NCBI GenBank assembly: GCA_963575745.1
Contig: CAUYUJ010000250.1
Span: forward strand, 62,001-116,314
Length of the DNA: 54,314 nt
Reading direction: 5' to 3'
Source: Prorocentrum cordatum
Taxonomy: Eukaryota
Part shown: piece by piece, positions 25,032 through 35,749 of the stretch
How positions within the stretch are numbered: position 1 is the stretch's first letter
Layout of the letters: each line of letters opens with the position of its first letter
The notes under the pieces: generated by a model
Database searches by the model: none
What the model was told of the DNA's origin: nothing
Seen by the model: only the letters and a program-made list of their open reading frames with translations
Program-made: the position numbers and the translations under genes

Positions 25032-26084
25032 CGCGCGTGGCCGCGGCGCCTCGGCCCCGCCACGCCCACGCCCCGCTAGCGCCACAGCTGGGCGCGCACG
25101 ACCTGGATGAGGGCTTCGGCCTCACTCCTGGCCAGAGGCCTGAGGAGGCGAGCTCGCATGGCTCGCAACTGCGTGTAAAGAAGACAGAAGGCAACGGGCA
25201 CCTCGAATCTCTGGGCCGACGGTGCCAGGAGCCCTAGTTTGTCGATCCCATCCCACCCAGGCTCCACCGCCCCCTCCCCAACGATAATGGTTACCAGCTC
25301 CGCCAAGACAGGGCATCGCCAGTAGTGACGGATGCAGTCGGGCTGGGCGCAGCCAACTACACAAGTCGACCCGAGCTGCTGAAACCGTTGCTGGGTCAAC
25401 TACGCTTTCGACAGAGTGCGGAGCATGGCAAACGCGTGCGATAATTTCATTCGGCACATAGTTTGGCTGACGGCGCCCCAATCTACACGGAGGATCTTTT
25501 CTTCCAGCTCGGGGAACCAACTTCGGAGCCCCCGCCGAAAAAAGAAACCGCGCGGCGCCCGAGGGAAAAAGGGTGGCCGTCGAAAAGGCCTGGAGGGCAC
25601 GTTGGATCCTCAAGCGCGGGGGGGCGCCGACCAGCTCGACTAAGCGCTGCGGCCTCAGAACTCAGGCGGTGGACCTCAGAATATCCAGGAAGAAGATGAG
25701 CCAGCTTCGGGTTCTCGGGAAAGCCTCTGGCAGCCTCTTGGAGCCTCTGACACAACGCAGCCCCCCCCCCCCCCCCCCCCCCCCCCCACCCCACCCACCC
25801 CCCCCACCCACGCACCCACCCCACCCCCCACCCACACCCACCACCACCACCACCACCACCACCCACCCCCCCACCCACGCCCCCCCACACCATGTCGGAG
25901 ACCACTCCCCCTTTCAGCACGCCCACGATCGGGAGCTTGCGGAGGGCCTGTTCACGAAGCTTGCGGGCGAGAGGGGGCCAGCACGTCGCAAAGGTGGACA
26001 GAGCAGCTCTGCCGTGCGCGGCGTAGGCGCCGAGGGTGACACGCAAGTTTCGCCCCCCCCCCCCCCCCCCCCCACCCCCCCCAC

Positions 26085-27866
26085 TAGGGCGCAGTGCGGG
26101 AAGTGGAAGATCCGAGCCAGCATCGCCACCTCCTGTCCCAGTAACTTCACGGGGGGAGGTAAAAACTGTGCAACATACGTCGGTACCGTCGCGCATCTGT
26201 TGTTATAGAGAACTGCAGCAAGAGCGGTTGGTGCGTTAGCTCCAGCCAGTAGGTGTCCTCTTTCCCGCCATTTCCCAAGAGGCCCCGCCCATGATTTTGC
26301 AAACGAGTTCGGGCCCACCCACGCCCCCAGGTACTTCAGGTTCGGGACAATCACAAAATCAGCCCAAGACGGAACGAACTCCTCCAGAGCTCGACGGTAA
26401 ACTGAAGCTAGCTCCTCACTGAACGGGCCACAGAGCGGGGCGATGAAGCATTTGCACGTTTTCAATATGAGCGCGGCCAACCGCTGGGCCCAGCTGAAGA
26501 TTCGGAAGAGGGCGGTCAGGTACTTCAATCGCATGATCACCCCGCCGATGTCATCTGCGCAAGCGAGGATCACACCCCGCGACAAGCCAACGAAGCTCCG
26601 TTCGAAGCACAGCAGGAACGGATTCAAACTTGCTGCAAACAAAGCTCCGCTTGCAGGGCACCCCTGAATGACAGCTGACCAGACGGTGAAGAGCCACACG
26701 GTAGCCCCGCCGAGGGACCCAAAGCAGTGAACATTCTGATAGAGGATGCAGAAGAACCACTCCAGGGGCCCAGGGAGATTCATTTTCTTCAAAACTTTGT
26801 GCATCCAGGAGTGCGCCACGGAGGGGAAGGCCTGAGCGAAATCGCACGAGACGATGGCGGGGAGGTTGGTTTCGGCCTGGTCTGACATCGAGGCGAGTCG
26901 AGCGTAGGTGTCTATTTCGATGATGTTCTCTCCGAACTGCCTGCCAATCGTGAAACCCCTCTGGAGCCGACAACTGACCTCAGCCATCTTGACCGAAAAC
27001 GGGCGCACCACCAGGTCAGTGAGAATCTTGTTCTCCGAATTCTTCAAGCCGAGCGGGCGGAGCGACTGGACGTCGCGGGTGGCTCCTCCTGCATCCCCTT
27101 CCTCCTCTCCCTTAGGTCTAGAAATGCCCAGCATATCGCTAAAACTCGATAACGGAGAGTGCCCATCCAAGATCCACCAAAGATATTCATCCAGCAGCTC
27201 TGCTGCCTGAGGTGCAGAGCGCCACGCAGCATACGGAAGCCGATCGGGTCCAGGTGCGCAGTCCGCCAAGGTCCTCAGTCGGGCTCTGGTGCCTGAGAGG
27301 GTCGGCGTGGGGATCTCCGAGAAGTCGAGATTGCCTCCGAAACGGTTCAGGCATTGATCAGCGGGACCTTGGAGCACCTGCTTGGGGCCAAAGACGCCAC
27401 CCCAGTAGCTGCAGATCGCCGCGGACATGGATTCGGGCGTCGTCGCCACTTCCTCACCAAGACGGATACCTTTCAAGTACAGACGGCGGTCGAAGGGCGC
27501 CGAAATGGCAGCCCGTTTTTGAAGACGACGAAGCTGTTGACGACGTTTACGACGGAGCTTCACAGGGGTCTCCTCATTGAGGTTCTCTTTGATGGTGTTT
27601 CGTTGGGCCTCTAAGTCCGCCGTCTGCAGCTGGTCAAGGTCCGCTGCAAACTTACCAGGATCGAGAAGCCAAAGCCGCCCGCTGCACACGTCGTAGCCTG
27701 GAACAGCACGTGCACTCGAATGCGCCTGCAGAAGGATCGAGCCAAGCTTCGCATCTTGCCTCCAGACAGCTCGGGCGATGCTCCGGTACAGAATGATACG
27801 ACCAAGTCTCGATGACGGGTCGTGCTGAAGAATAGCGTTACGTGCGAATCTGGCTCCTTCCTTCAT
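26085..27866 (-). CDS. Uninterrupted linker + reverse transcriptase portion of ORF2
   Basis: Track ORF 25914..27866; the RT motifs listed above are in order, with catalytic CADD at 26550-26561. Confidence 0.9.
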
Positions 27867-28619
27867 AAGATACTTGAATGACTAGACCTTCCGCGGCGGA
27901 GATAAGCTCTCCCAAGACACAGCCCTCAGGTGGGCCTCCATGAAGTCCCTGAAGTACGGGGAGCCAAAGAGCTCTTTGGGGATGGGGCGCTCTTGCTCTG
28001 GGGTCTGCGGGGTACTCTTGAGGTCGACGGAGACAGGGGCGTGGTCCGAGAGGTCCCGATGGAAGATGGTTTCGACGATGTCTTTCGTGGCCCCCAAGGC
28101 ATTCAATTGAATCAAGCCCCACCCTGGGAAAGACACAAAGGTCCAATCTATGATGTTCGTGGAGTCGTTTGCCAAACAATAATGGGCTGGGTCGGGTTGC
28201 TCAACCTCAACCATCTTGCTGAGCAGCGCTTGCCAAACAGGGCCCCGACGAGCTCTCCACTCATGGAATCCAAAATTGCCGCGAAACTCACCTCCCGGCG
28301 TCGAGGGCGACGGCGGGGTATTGCTGATATTGAAATCGCCAGCGACCACGACAAGAGTGCGCTCAGGAGCACACATCGCTAGCTGAAGCTCGAGGTCGAT
28401 CGCTTGGGTAACCTTCCTTTTCTCATCCCTGGAGAGCCCAAAATTGTGAACATTGTAATGCGATAACCAGCAGTCCCCAGACTCGCCAAAGCTCGCAACC
28501 ACGTTCAACACACGGCCTGGAACCAGTTCTTTAACCTGGAAGGAAACCTGAGCACCCAAATCAGGAAAGAATGTCAGCAGGCCGCCAACACGCGTGCTCT
28601 GCGGAGGTCTGGACGACCC

Positions 28620-28679
28620 ACACGACATGCATGCTCCTCTGGTCCCAATATTCTGCGCCTCGCAAGCGGCGCAGACCCA
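28620..28679 (-). other. RanBP2-type (NZF) C4 zinc finger inside the endonuclease domain
   Basis: WVCAACEAQNIGTRGACMSC is an exact match to W-x-C-x2-C-x3-N-x6-C-x2-C, followed by GSSRP. Confidence 0.85.
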
Positions 28680-28925
28680 CGGGGCAAAGGAGTGAAACAT
28701 CTTGCATATTTTGTGGATCTGGTACATCATATCCTCAGCCTCCGCCAGGGTCCCGTGAACTTCTTGGAGCCCAAGGATCGCGGTGGGAGAGATGAGGGAA
28801 CCGAGGTAAGAGATCTTCTGGCTGCGGAGGTAAAGGACATGGTGTAGCAAAGCCCTGCAGCTCCAGCTCGCGATCGTCAAGCTGGAGCGCGCGGCCGTTG
28901 GCCCTCGCCAAGCAGCCAAGAGTTG

Positions 28926-28932
28926 GCTAAAG
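28926..28932 (-). promoter_or_regulatory. Candidate +1 ribosomal frameshift site CUU-UAG-C at the ORF1/ORF2 junction
   Basis: ORF1 ends CGT CTT TAG C; the +1 frame TTT AGC CAA is the ORF2 frame. There is no in-frame ATG between the junction and the EN catalytic Glu. Confidence 0.45.
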
Positions 28933-30204
28933 ACGCCACTCCGTCTCAGTGGCGGAGTCGAACAGGCTGCCCACAGCCTGGCGAAGTCGCTCCGCCGACA
29001 TCTGGAGCCCCTCAATGTTCCTGTCGCTGAAGTGGATGATCGGGGGCTGGTTGCCAGGCGTCGGTTCGAAGGAGATGAGATCTTTCCACGAAGAGCTGAC
29101 CACCCCCTTCTCCCTGTCCACGAAATATTTCTTGTTCGGATACATGTCTGCAATGGCCCGCACAATTTTCTTACGTCCGAGCTCCCTGGCCACCTGCTTC
29201 GGGCTCGTGTCTGGGCTGATGGGCAGCTCCACCTCCGCACCGAGAGGCGACTGCGCAGTAATCTTCCCCCAGCCCGCACCGCGTCCAGGAAGTCCGAGTG
29301 CACTAATAGCTTGCGAAACCTGACGCGCAGCATAGCCACGCGCGCCCTTGACCATGTTCTTGTACCTCTTGTCCGCGGGCTCGCCCCCCACGGTGAACTC
29401 GCCGTCCCCCAGGTTGCTGCCCCCCAGCCACGGCTGCACAGCTCGTGCGATCGTTGCCATCGGCATGACCTCACGCGCCCGCACCATGATGATAGTCGGG
29501 TCGATCTCTCTGTCGAAGCCGCCGCTGGCCGCCTGGGGCCGAGGGGCCTCCTCACTGCGCATGAGCCCGAGCAAATCCCTGAGCCCCTGCACCCCCTTCT
29601 CCAACTTGTCGATACGCGTATCATGTACTGACACCTTGTGCTCAACCTTGCACATCCTTTTCTCCGCCGCTTTGTCGATCGATTTGCAATGATCCGACAT
29701 CGTGCCACTGAGCGCCGACAAAGAGGCTTGCATGAACCGAAGGCTTTCCATGACGTCGCTCCTCGTGCTGTCGATATACTGCTTGAGTTGCTGCTGCTCT
29801 TGATTTGCTGAGCCTTCAGCGCGGGGGCGGCGACGGCCAGGCAAGTCACTCGACCCACCAGCAGCTTCCGTAGCGGCGTGAGCCGTAGTCGCAGTAGCTT
29901 CTCCAGATGAACCGTCGCTGCCCACGTGGAACTGCTGGGGTGAGGAGCCGCCAGTGCCAGCACAGCCACCTGCACCTACCCCTCGCGGTGATTGAGCTCC
30001 ACGAAGAGTGGGGCATAGTTCTTCACCCTCAAAAAGGGCAGCAACGTCACGGGCACCATGCGTAGACCGAGGGGTGTCCATGCCGCTGTCCTCGCTGTCA
30101 CCTGCGCCGACCGTCTTCTGCGGCGGGGCCTCGTCCGAGTTATTCCGCCCCAGCTGTCGTCCACATCGTTTGCCAGAGGGGGGCGCGCCCGCGGCCGCGG
30201 ACAT
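28927..30204 (-). CDS. LINE ORF1 protein (425 aa; disordered N-terminus, coiled coil, putative RNA-binding C-terminal half)
   Basis: Open frame from gccATG at 30204 (MSAAAGAPP…) to TAG at 28927. Heptad-like QLKQYIDST…RIDKLEKGVQGLRDLL segment. Lies directly upstream of EN-RT. Confidence 0.85.
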   Translation of the reverse strand: MSAAAGAPPSGKRCGRQLGRNNSDEAPPQKTVGAGDSEDSGMDTPRSTHGARDVAALFEGEELCPTLRGAQSPRGVGAGGCAGTGGSSPQQFHVGSDGSSGEATATTAHAATEAAGGSSDLPGRRRPRAEGSANQEQQQLKQYIDSTRSDVMESLRFMQASLSALSGTMSDHCKSIDKAAEKRMCKVEHKVSVHDTRIDKLEKGVQGLRDLLGLMRSEEAPRPQAASGGFDREIDPTIIMVRAREVMPMATIARAVQPWLGGSNLGDGEFTVGGEPADKRYKNMVKGARGYAARQVSQAISALGLPGRGAGWGKITAQSPLGAEVELPISPDTSPKQVARELGRKKIVRAIADMYPNKKYFVDREKGVVSSSWKDLISFEPTPGNQPPIIHFSDRNIEGLQMSAERLRQAVGSLFDSATETEWRL

Positions 30205-30386
30205 GGCAGCGAGCCCTGCGCCCAGAGCGCGAGCAGCACTGAAGAGAGGAGGCCTGCAATGAGTCGGGGCGCGAGATGCGCCGTGGCCCCTGGCGGCCAC
30301 AGAAAGGCGGCTCGTGCCACCTGCGGAGGCAGAGACCAAAGCTAATCGCTGATTCTCGGACGTCTATAGTCCTTCACAACGTTAGC

Positions 30387-30408
30387 CTTGAGCCAAAATG
30401 GCTACGGA
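30387..30408 (-). other. Perfect dinoflagellate spliced leader (DinoSL)
   Basis: The minus strand reads TCCGTAGCCATTTTGGCTCAAG, 22/22 to DCCGTAGCCATTTTGGCTCAAG. Confidence 0.97.
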
Positions 30409-30682
30409 CCCCTTCCTCCTCCCCCTCCCTCCTCCTCCTTCTCCTCCTCCCCCTCAACCTCCTTGTCCTCCTCCTCCTCCCTCCTCCTCCTTCTCCTCCT
30501 ACTCCTCCTCCTCCACCTCCTTGTCCTCCTGCTCCTCCTCCTCTTCCTCTTTTTAACCGTATACGTATTAGCACTTGTATTACTGTTTTTATTCGGAATA
30601 CTATTATTAGTAATACGAGTACTGGTATCAGTACTACCAATAGTATTATTATTAGTAGTATTAGTATTGTTAGTATTATGGG

Positions 30683-30769
<87 letters not shown>

Positions 30770-30817
30770 GACTACTACTACTACTACTACTACTACTACT
30801 GATATTACTACTACCAT

Positions 30818-30870
<53 letters not shown>

Positions 30871-30871
30871 G

Positions 30872-30904
<33 letters not shown>

Positions 30905-30905
30905 G

Positions 30906-30946
<41 letters not shown>

Positions 30947-31559
30947 GACTACTACGACTACTACGACTACTACTACTACTACTACTACGACGACGACTAT
31001 TATTACTACTAACATTAACATGTTCCTGGTTATTACTACGACGACTAATATTACTACTACAACTATTATTACTACTAGCATTACTACGACGACTAGTATT
31101 ACCAGTACTAACATTAATATGACTGGTGGTGGTACGTATTATTCGTGTGATTTTTGGTGTTATTATGAATAGTAGTATTAGTAGTACTACTTTCCTCTGA
31201 TCAATAATCTTATTAACATCACAAGTAGTAGCATTATTACCTAAACGACCACCCTTCGGGTGATAAGGAGGTTCGGGGGGGGGAGGAACCAACGTCTCAT
31301 TCGATCGGTACCACTATCGGTATTACGATGAATCTCACGATCGGTCTCGCCCGATCGATCTCATTCGATCGATCTCACAATCGATACCACCCGAAATATT
31401 TCATTCGATCGAATTCACAATCGATATGACTATCGATAACACAATCGAATTCACTATCGATTTCACGATCGGTCCCAAAATCTCTCTCACATTTGGTCTC
31501 ACTATCGATATCACTATCGGTAGCACAACCGATATCACAATCAACGTCATCACCATCAA

Positions 31560-31603
<44 letters not shown>

Positions 31604-33460
31604 ATGTCACCAACATCATCATCATCACGATCACCGGGACACCATCATCATCATCATCACCTCATCACCATCATCATCCAGATCCTCATCAGAACCATCA
31701 CCACCACCGGGACACCATCATCGTCAACATCATCATATGCAACATCATCATCGGGACACCATCAGCATCATCGGAACACCACCAATATCGTCATCACTAT
31801 CATCAATCATCAATCATCATGAACAAAATCGTCAACATCATCACAATCGTGACACCATCATCACCATCAGCAGAAACATCACCACCAGCATCATCATCGG
31901 GATCTCATCATCATCCTTACCAGCATCATCACCATAATCATCATCATCATCATCATCATCGGGACACCACCACCAGCATCGACATCAGAAACATCACCAT
32001 CATCATCGGGTCATCATCACCTAAATCACAAATCACCTCATCATGACCCTCACCATCAACATTATCACCATCATCGAACACCATCATCGCAATCATCATC
32101 ACCAACATCATCATCATCGGGACACCATCATCATCATTACCACCATCATCATCAACAGCATCATCATCAACCTCATCATCACCATCACCATGGGGACGCC
32201 ATCGTCATCATCTTCATCATCATATTATCATATCATCACCATCAACATCAGCAGGATCATCGACATCACCAGCATCACCGGGATACCATGATTATCATCA
32301 GCAACACCAGCATCATCAACATCATTATCATCGAGACACCATCAGCATCACCACCATGGCCATCACCAGCACCATCATCAACACCATCATCGGGACACCA
32401 TCATCGCCACCATCATCATCAACATCATCATCATCGGGACACCATCGTCATTATCATCGGAACACCATCAACATCATCATCATGCCCTCAGCATCATCAT
32501 GACCAACACCATCAACAGCTTCATGATCGGGGCACAATCATCATCATCAGCAACAGCATCATCAACATCATCATCATCATCGGGACACCATCATCATAGC
32601 AACAATCGTCATCACCATCATCTTCATCGGGACACCATCATCATCAACATGTGCAGCTTCCTCATCGCGCCACCACCATCAAAATCATCATCATCATCTT
32701 CATCATCAACATCATCATTGGGACACCATCATCGTCATCATCATCATCAACATCATCAACATCATCATCGGGACAACGGCATCCTCACCATTATCATCAT
32801 CAACCGCATCACCATCAACCTCATCATCATCATCATCACCGGGACATCATCACAATCATCATCATCTCATCATCTCATCACCACCAACATCACCATCACT
32901 TCATCATCATCCTCATGAACAACACCATCACCAATATCGAACACCATCACGTCATCACCATCATCAACATCATCATCATCGGGACACCATCGTCATCGTC
33001 ACTATCATCATCATCACCATCATCATCGGGACAGCATCATCGCCATCAACATCAGCAACATCATCATCGGGCCACCACACCCAAAACCACTACCACCACC
33101 TCGCCATAATCCTCATCATCAACATCATCATCGGAACACCATCATCGTCATCACCATCACCAACATCATCATCATCGGGACACCATCATCATCATCATTA
33201 TCATCATCAACAGCATCACCATCAACCTCATCATCATCACCAGGACACCATCACCATCATCATCATAATCTCACAATATAATCATCAACAACACCAGGAT
33301 ATTCAGCAACATCGTCATCATCATCGGGACACCATCATCATCATCATCAACATCAGCATCAACAACATCATCATCATCGGGACACCAGCACCATCACCAC
33401 CATGGCCATCATCATCGTCATCATCATCAACATCGTCATCATCATCGTCATCATCATCGG
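30409..33460. repeat. Microsatellite block: (CCT)n, (CTA)n, atcgat-rich tract, then a (CAT)n-derived satellite with atcgggacacc nodes
   Basis: Directly visible: (CTA)n ~30683-30990, atcgat tract 31300-31540, CAT satellite 31540-33460. Confidence 0.9.
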
Positions 33461-34279
33461 GACACCGACGGGACACCGGCGCGACACCGGCGGGACACCG
33501 CGAGGCACCGGTCGCCGGAAGGGAGACTTTTGGTCCGGCCGCGCCTCAGCCAAAGGCGGGACATTTCTCGCCCGCCCACGCAGCTTCACGTCGCCCGCAC
33601 GCACGGCACGCACGAACACGAAACCGAAACCGATTTCCTTGTAGGGGGGCTCTCCAATCCACTTCGATCTCACCCCCTCACCTCCGATTAATAATATTAT
33701 GAATAGAAATAATTTTACACGTATCATTTGTATCAGTTTGATCATCATCAATAGTGTGATTCGTAATGCTATCGTTCGTAATATTATGATTACTCTTATT
33801 ATTAGTACTAGTATTATCAGTCTTCCTCGTTATAGTATTGTCAATAGTATTATTGTGTTTGCTAGTATTCGTGGGATAATTATTGTTGCTATTCTTGGTA
33901 TTATTACTGTTATTATGTTATGCGTCATAATGCTATGTAAAATATAATTATTCTTTTGCGTATGACTATTATTACTATGATCAGCAATGTTGACCCTATT
34001 TTTAGTGATTGGTATTATTCTACTTCTGATTATTATTATTATTATTATTATTATGATTCGTCGTCCTCCTCCTTCTCTTCCACATCATCCTCTCATTTCC
34101 TCCTCCTCCTCCTCCTCCTCTTCCTCCTCCTCTGCCTCCTCCTCCTCCTCCTCCTCCACCTCATCCTCATCCTCCTCCTCCTCCTGGTCCTCTTCCTCCT
34201 CTTCCTCCTCCTCCTCCTCCGCCTCCTCCTCCTCATCCTCCTCGCAGTCTGAAAGCAAGCAAACAAGTGTGATACCCCC

Positions 34280-35100
34280 TTCCGCCCCCCATGGGAGTGC
34301 TGAAACCAGCGCCTCGCCCGAAACATCCTCACAAACTGGTCCGAAAACAAAAAATGCTGCGCATGCAAACAAGCGAACCGCCTGAAACATCCCCACAATA
34401 TGGGCGCGAACGGGCCCGTGCAACACAACTTTTGCCGCCGCCCTCTGGGAGTGCTGAAGCCAGCGAGTCGCCTGAGACTTCCTCGCAAACTGCTCCGAAA
34501 ACAAGAGATGCTGCGCATGCAACCAGGCAAACCGCCTGAGACATCCCCACAATATGGGCGCGAACGGGCCCATGCAACACCCCCTTCTGCCGCCCCCCCT
34601 GGGAGTGCTGAAGCCAGCGGATCGCCGGAGACATCCTCACAAACTGCTCCAAAAGAAAAAGATGCTGCGCACGCAAACAGGCAAGCCACCTGAGACATCC
34701 CCACAATATGGGCGCGAACAGGCCCATGCAACACCCTGCTGCCGCCACCCCTGGGACTGCTGAAACCAGCGAGCCGCCAGAGACATCCTCACAAACTGCT
34801 CCGAAAGCAAAAGATGCTGCGCAGGCGAGCAAGCAAACCGCCTGAGACATTCCAACAATCTGGGCGCGAACGGGCCCATGCAACACCCCCTCTGCCGCCC
34901 CCCGTGGGAATGCTGAAACCAGCGAGTCGCCTGAGACATCCTCACAAGCTGCTCCGAGAACAAAGAATTTTGCGCATGCAAACATGCAACCACCTGACAC
35001 TTCCCCAGAATCTGGGCGCAAACGGACCCGTGCAACACACCCCTGACGTCCATTTTTGGGAATGCTGAAACCAGCGCGTCGCCTGAGACATCCTCACAAC
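34280..35100. repeat. ~153-bp tandem repeat, 5-6 copies
   Basis: tgggagtgctgaa(a/g)ccagcg…cctgagacatcc…gggcgcgaacgggccc recurs at ~34292, 34446, 34600, 34752, 34905 and 35057. Confidence 0.92.
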
Positions 35101-35536
35101 CTGCGTGTGCGAGTGATCCGATGAGTAAGTCTCAGTGGTGAGTGAATATAACTAAGAGTGGGCCTGAATGAGTCAATATGAATGTGGAAGTGGCGCAACT
35201 GAGTCTGAAGGAGGAAGAGTGCGTCTGAGCATGGGTGAAACTGAATGGTGAATGAGGACGAGGAGGAGGAGGGAGTGAGTCTGAGTGATGAGTACGAGGA
35301 AGTGAATATGAGTGATGGGTACGAGTGTGTCTGTCTGAATGATGAGCGTGTCTGAGTATGAGTGAGTCTGATTAATGAGCGAATCTGAATGAGGAGGAGG
35401 AGAAAGAGAGAAAGAGAGAGAGAGGTGAGGCGAGTGAGGTCCCTGGCGCGGTGTTAAAAAAATCCGGGCGAAAGACCCAACCATACGCAGTTGTGAATAC
35501 CGCAATTGTGAATACCGTCTTCGCCCGCGCTCCCTA

Positions 35537-35749
35537 TGCGGCCACGGCTTCCCGCCGAAGCCCGACATGGTCAGGGACACGTTCGTGGCCGTCTTCGCGG
35601 GCGCCGACGACGACGACGATGACGGCGTCCCTCTGATCGAGGAGCAGAAGCAGGAGAGGGCTCTGAGGGCCATGAGGGTGGAGGTGGCGTTGCACGTCGA
35701 CAAGGCGGAGTACGACGCCCAGGCGCGGTTGTTGAAGCAGCGCAACTAT
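35537..35749 (+). pseudogene. Short coding fragment resembling the N-terminal (DUF6570-like) region of Helitron Rep-helicase proteins
   Basis: FPPKPDMVRDTFVAVFAG…LHVDKAEYDAQARLLKQRNY resembles, from memory, the LPP..D...VF.G…V…L..LK..N..Y pattern. It runs directly into the 88-bp array. Confidence 0.35.

Larger units (their letters stand above)
25076..28931 (-). pseudogene. LINE ORF2: APE endonuclease + reverse transcriptase + C-terminal CCHC finger, disrupted
   Basis: EN motifs: LTIASWS, LGLQEVH, VGGLL, GRVL, AGDFNI, IIDW, LSDHAPV. RT motifs: APGPD, RPLGLKN, QRGF, DFAQAFPSV, IQGCPASG, CADD, KYLG. C-terminal CVVGC..HYWRC. Lesions: in-frame TAG at 27882-27884, G-run tracts at ~26053-26082 and ~25761-25890, a further frameshift, and TAG at 25400-25402 (Trp in the paralog). 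Confidence 0.92.
25032..30408 (-). mobile_element. Near-full-length L1-like non-LTR retrotransposon capped by a dinoflagellate spliced leader
   Basis: In order: DinoSL, ~180-nt 5'UTR, ORF1, ORF2 (APE-EN, RT, CCHC), ~45-nt 3'UTR. Flanked on both sides by (CCT)n with a candidate TSD. Confidence 0.95.

Noticed and set aside
28935..29975. N-terminal half of the 697-aa ORF 27882..29975 as real protein
   Set aside because: It is an Arg/Ser/Trp-rich off-frame reading of ORF1; domain-like sequence begins only after the ORF1 stop.
25076..30204. Cytosine DNA methyltransferase cargo, as known in some dinoflagellate retrotransposons
   Set aside because: No DNMT motifs (FxGxG, PCQ, ENV) were seen in any frame.
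30340..30430. DinoSL as part of an SL RNA gene
   Set aside because: The SL is followed by GCTAAC and the LINE 5'UTR rather than a GT-starting SL intron; there is no tandem SL/5S context and the upstream sequence is microsatellite.
30276..33460. Long poly-T/V/L/S/I/H ORFs (also 19053..20309, 40341..41657, 41999..43181, 49356..51556)
   Set aside because: Trinucleotide microsatellite read-through with no protein-like complexity.
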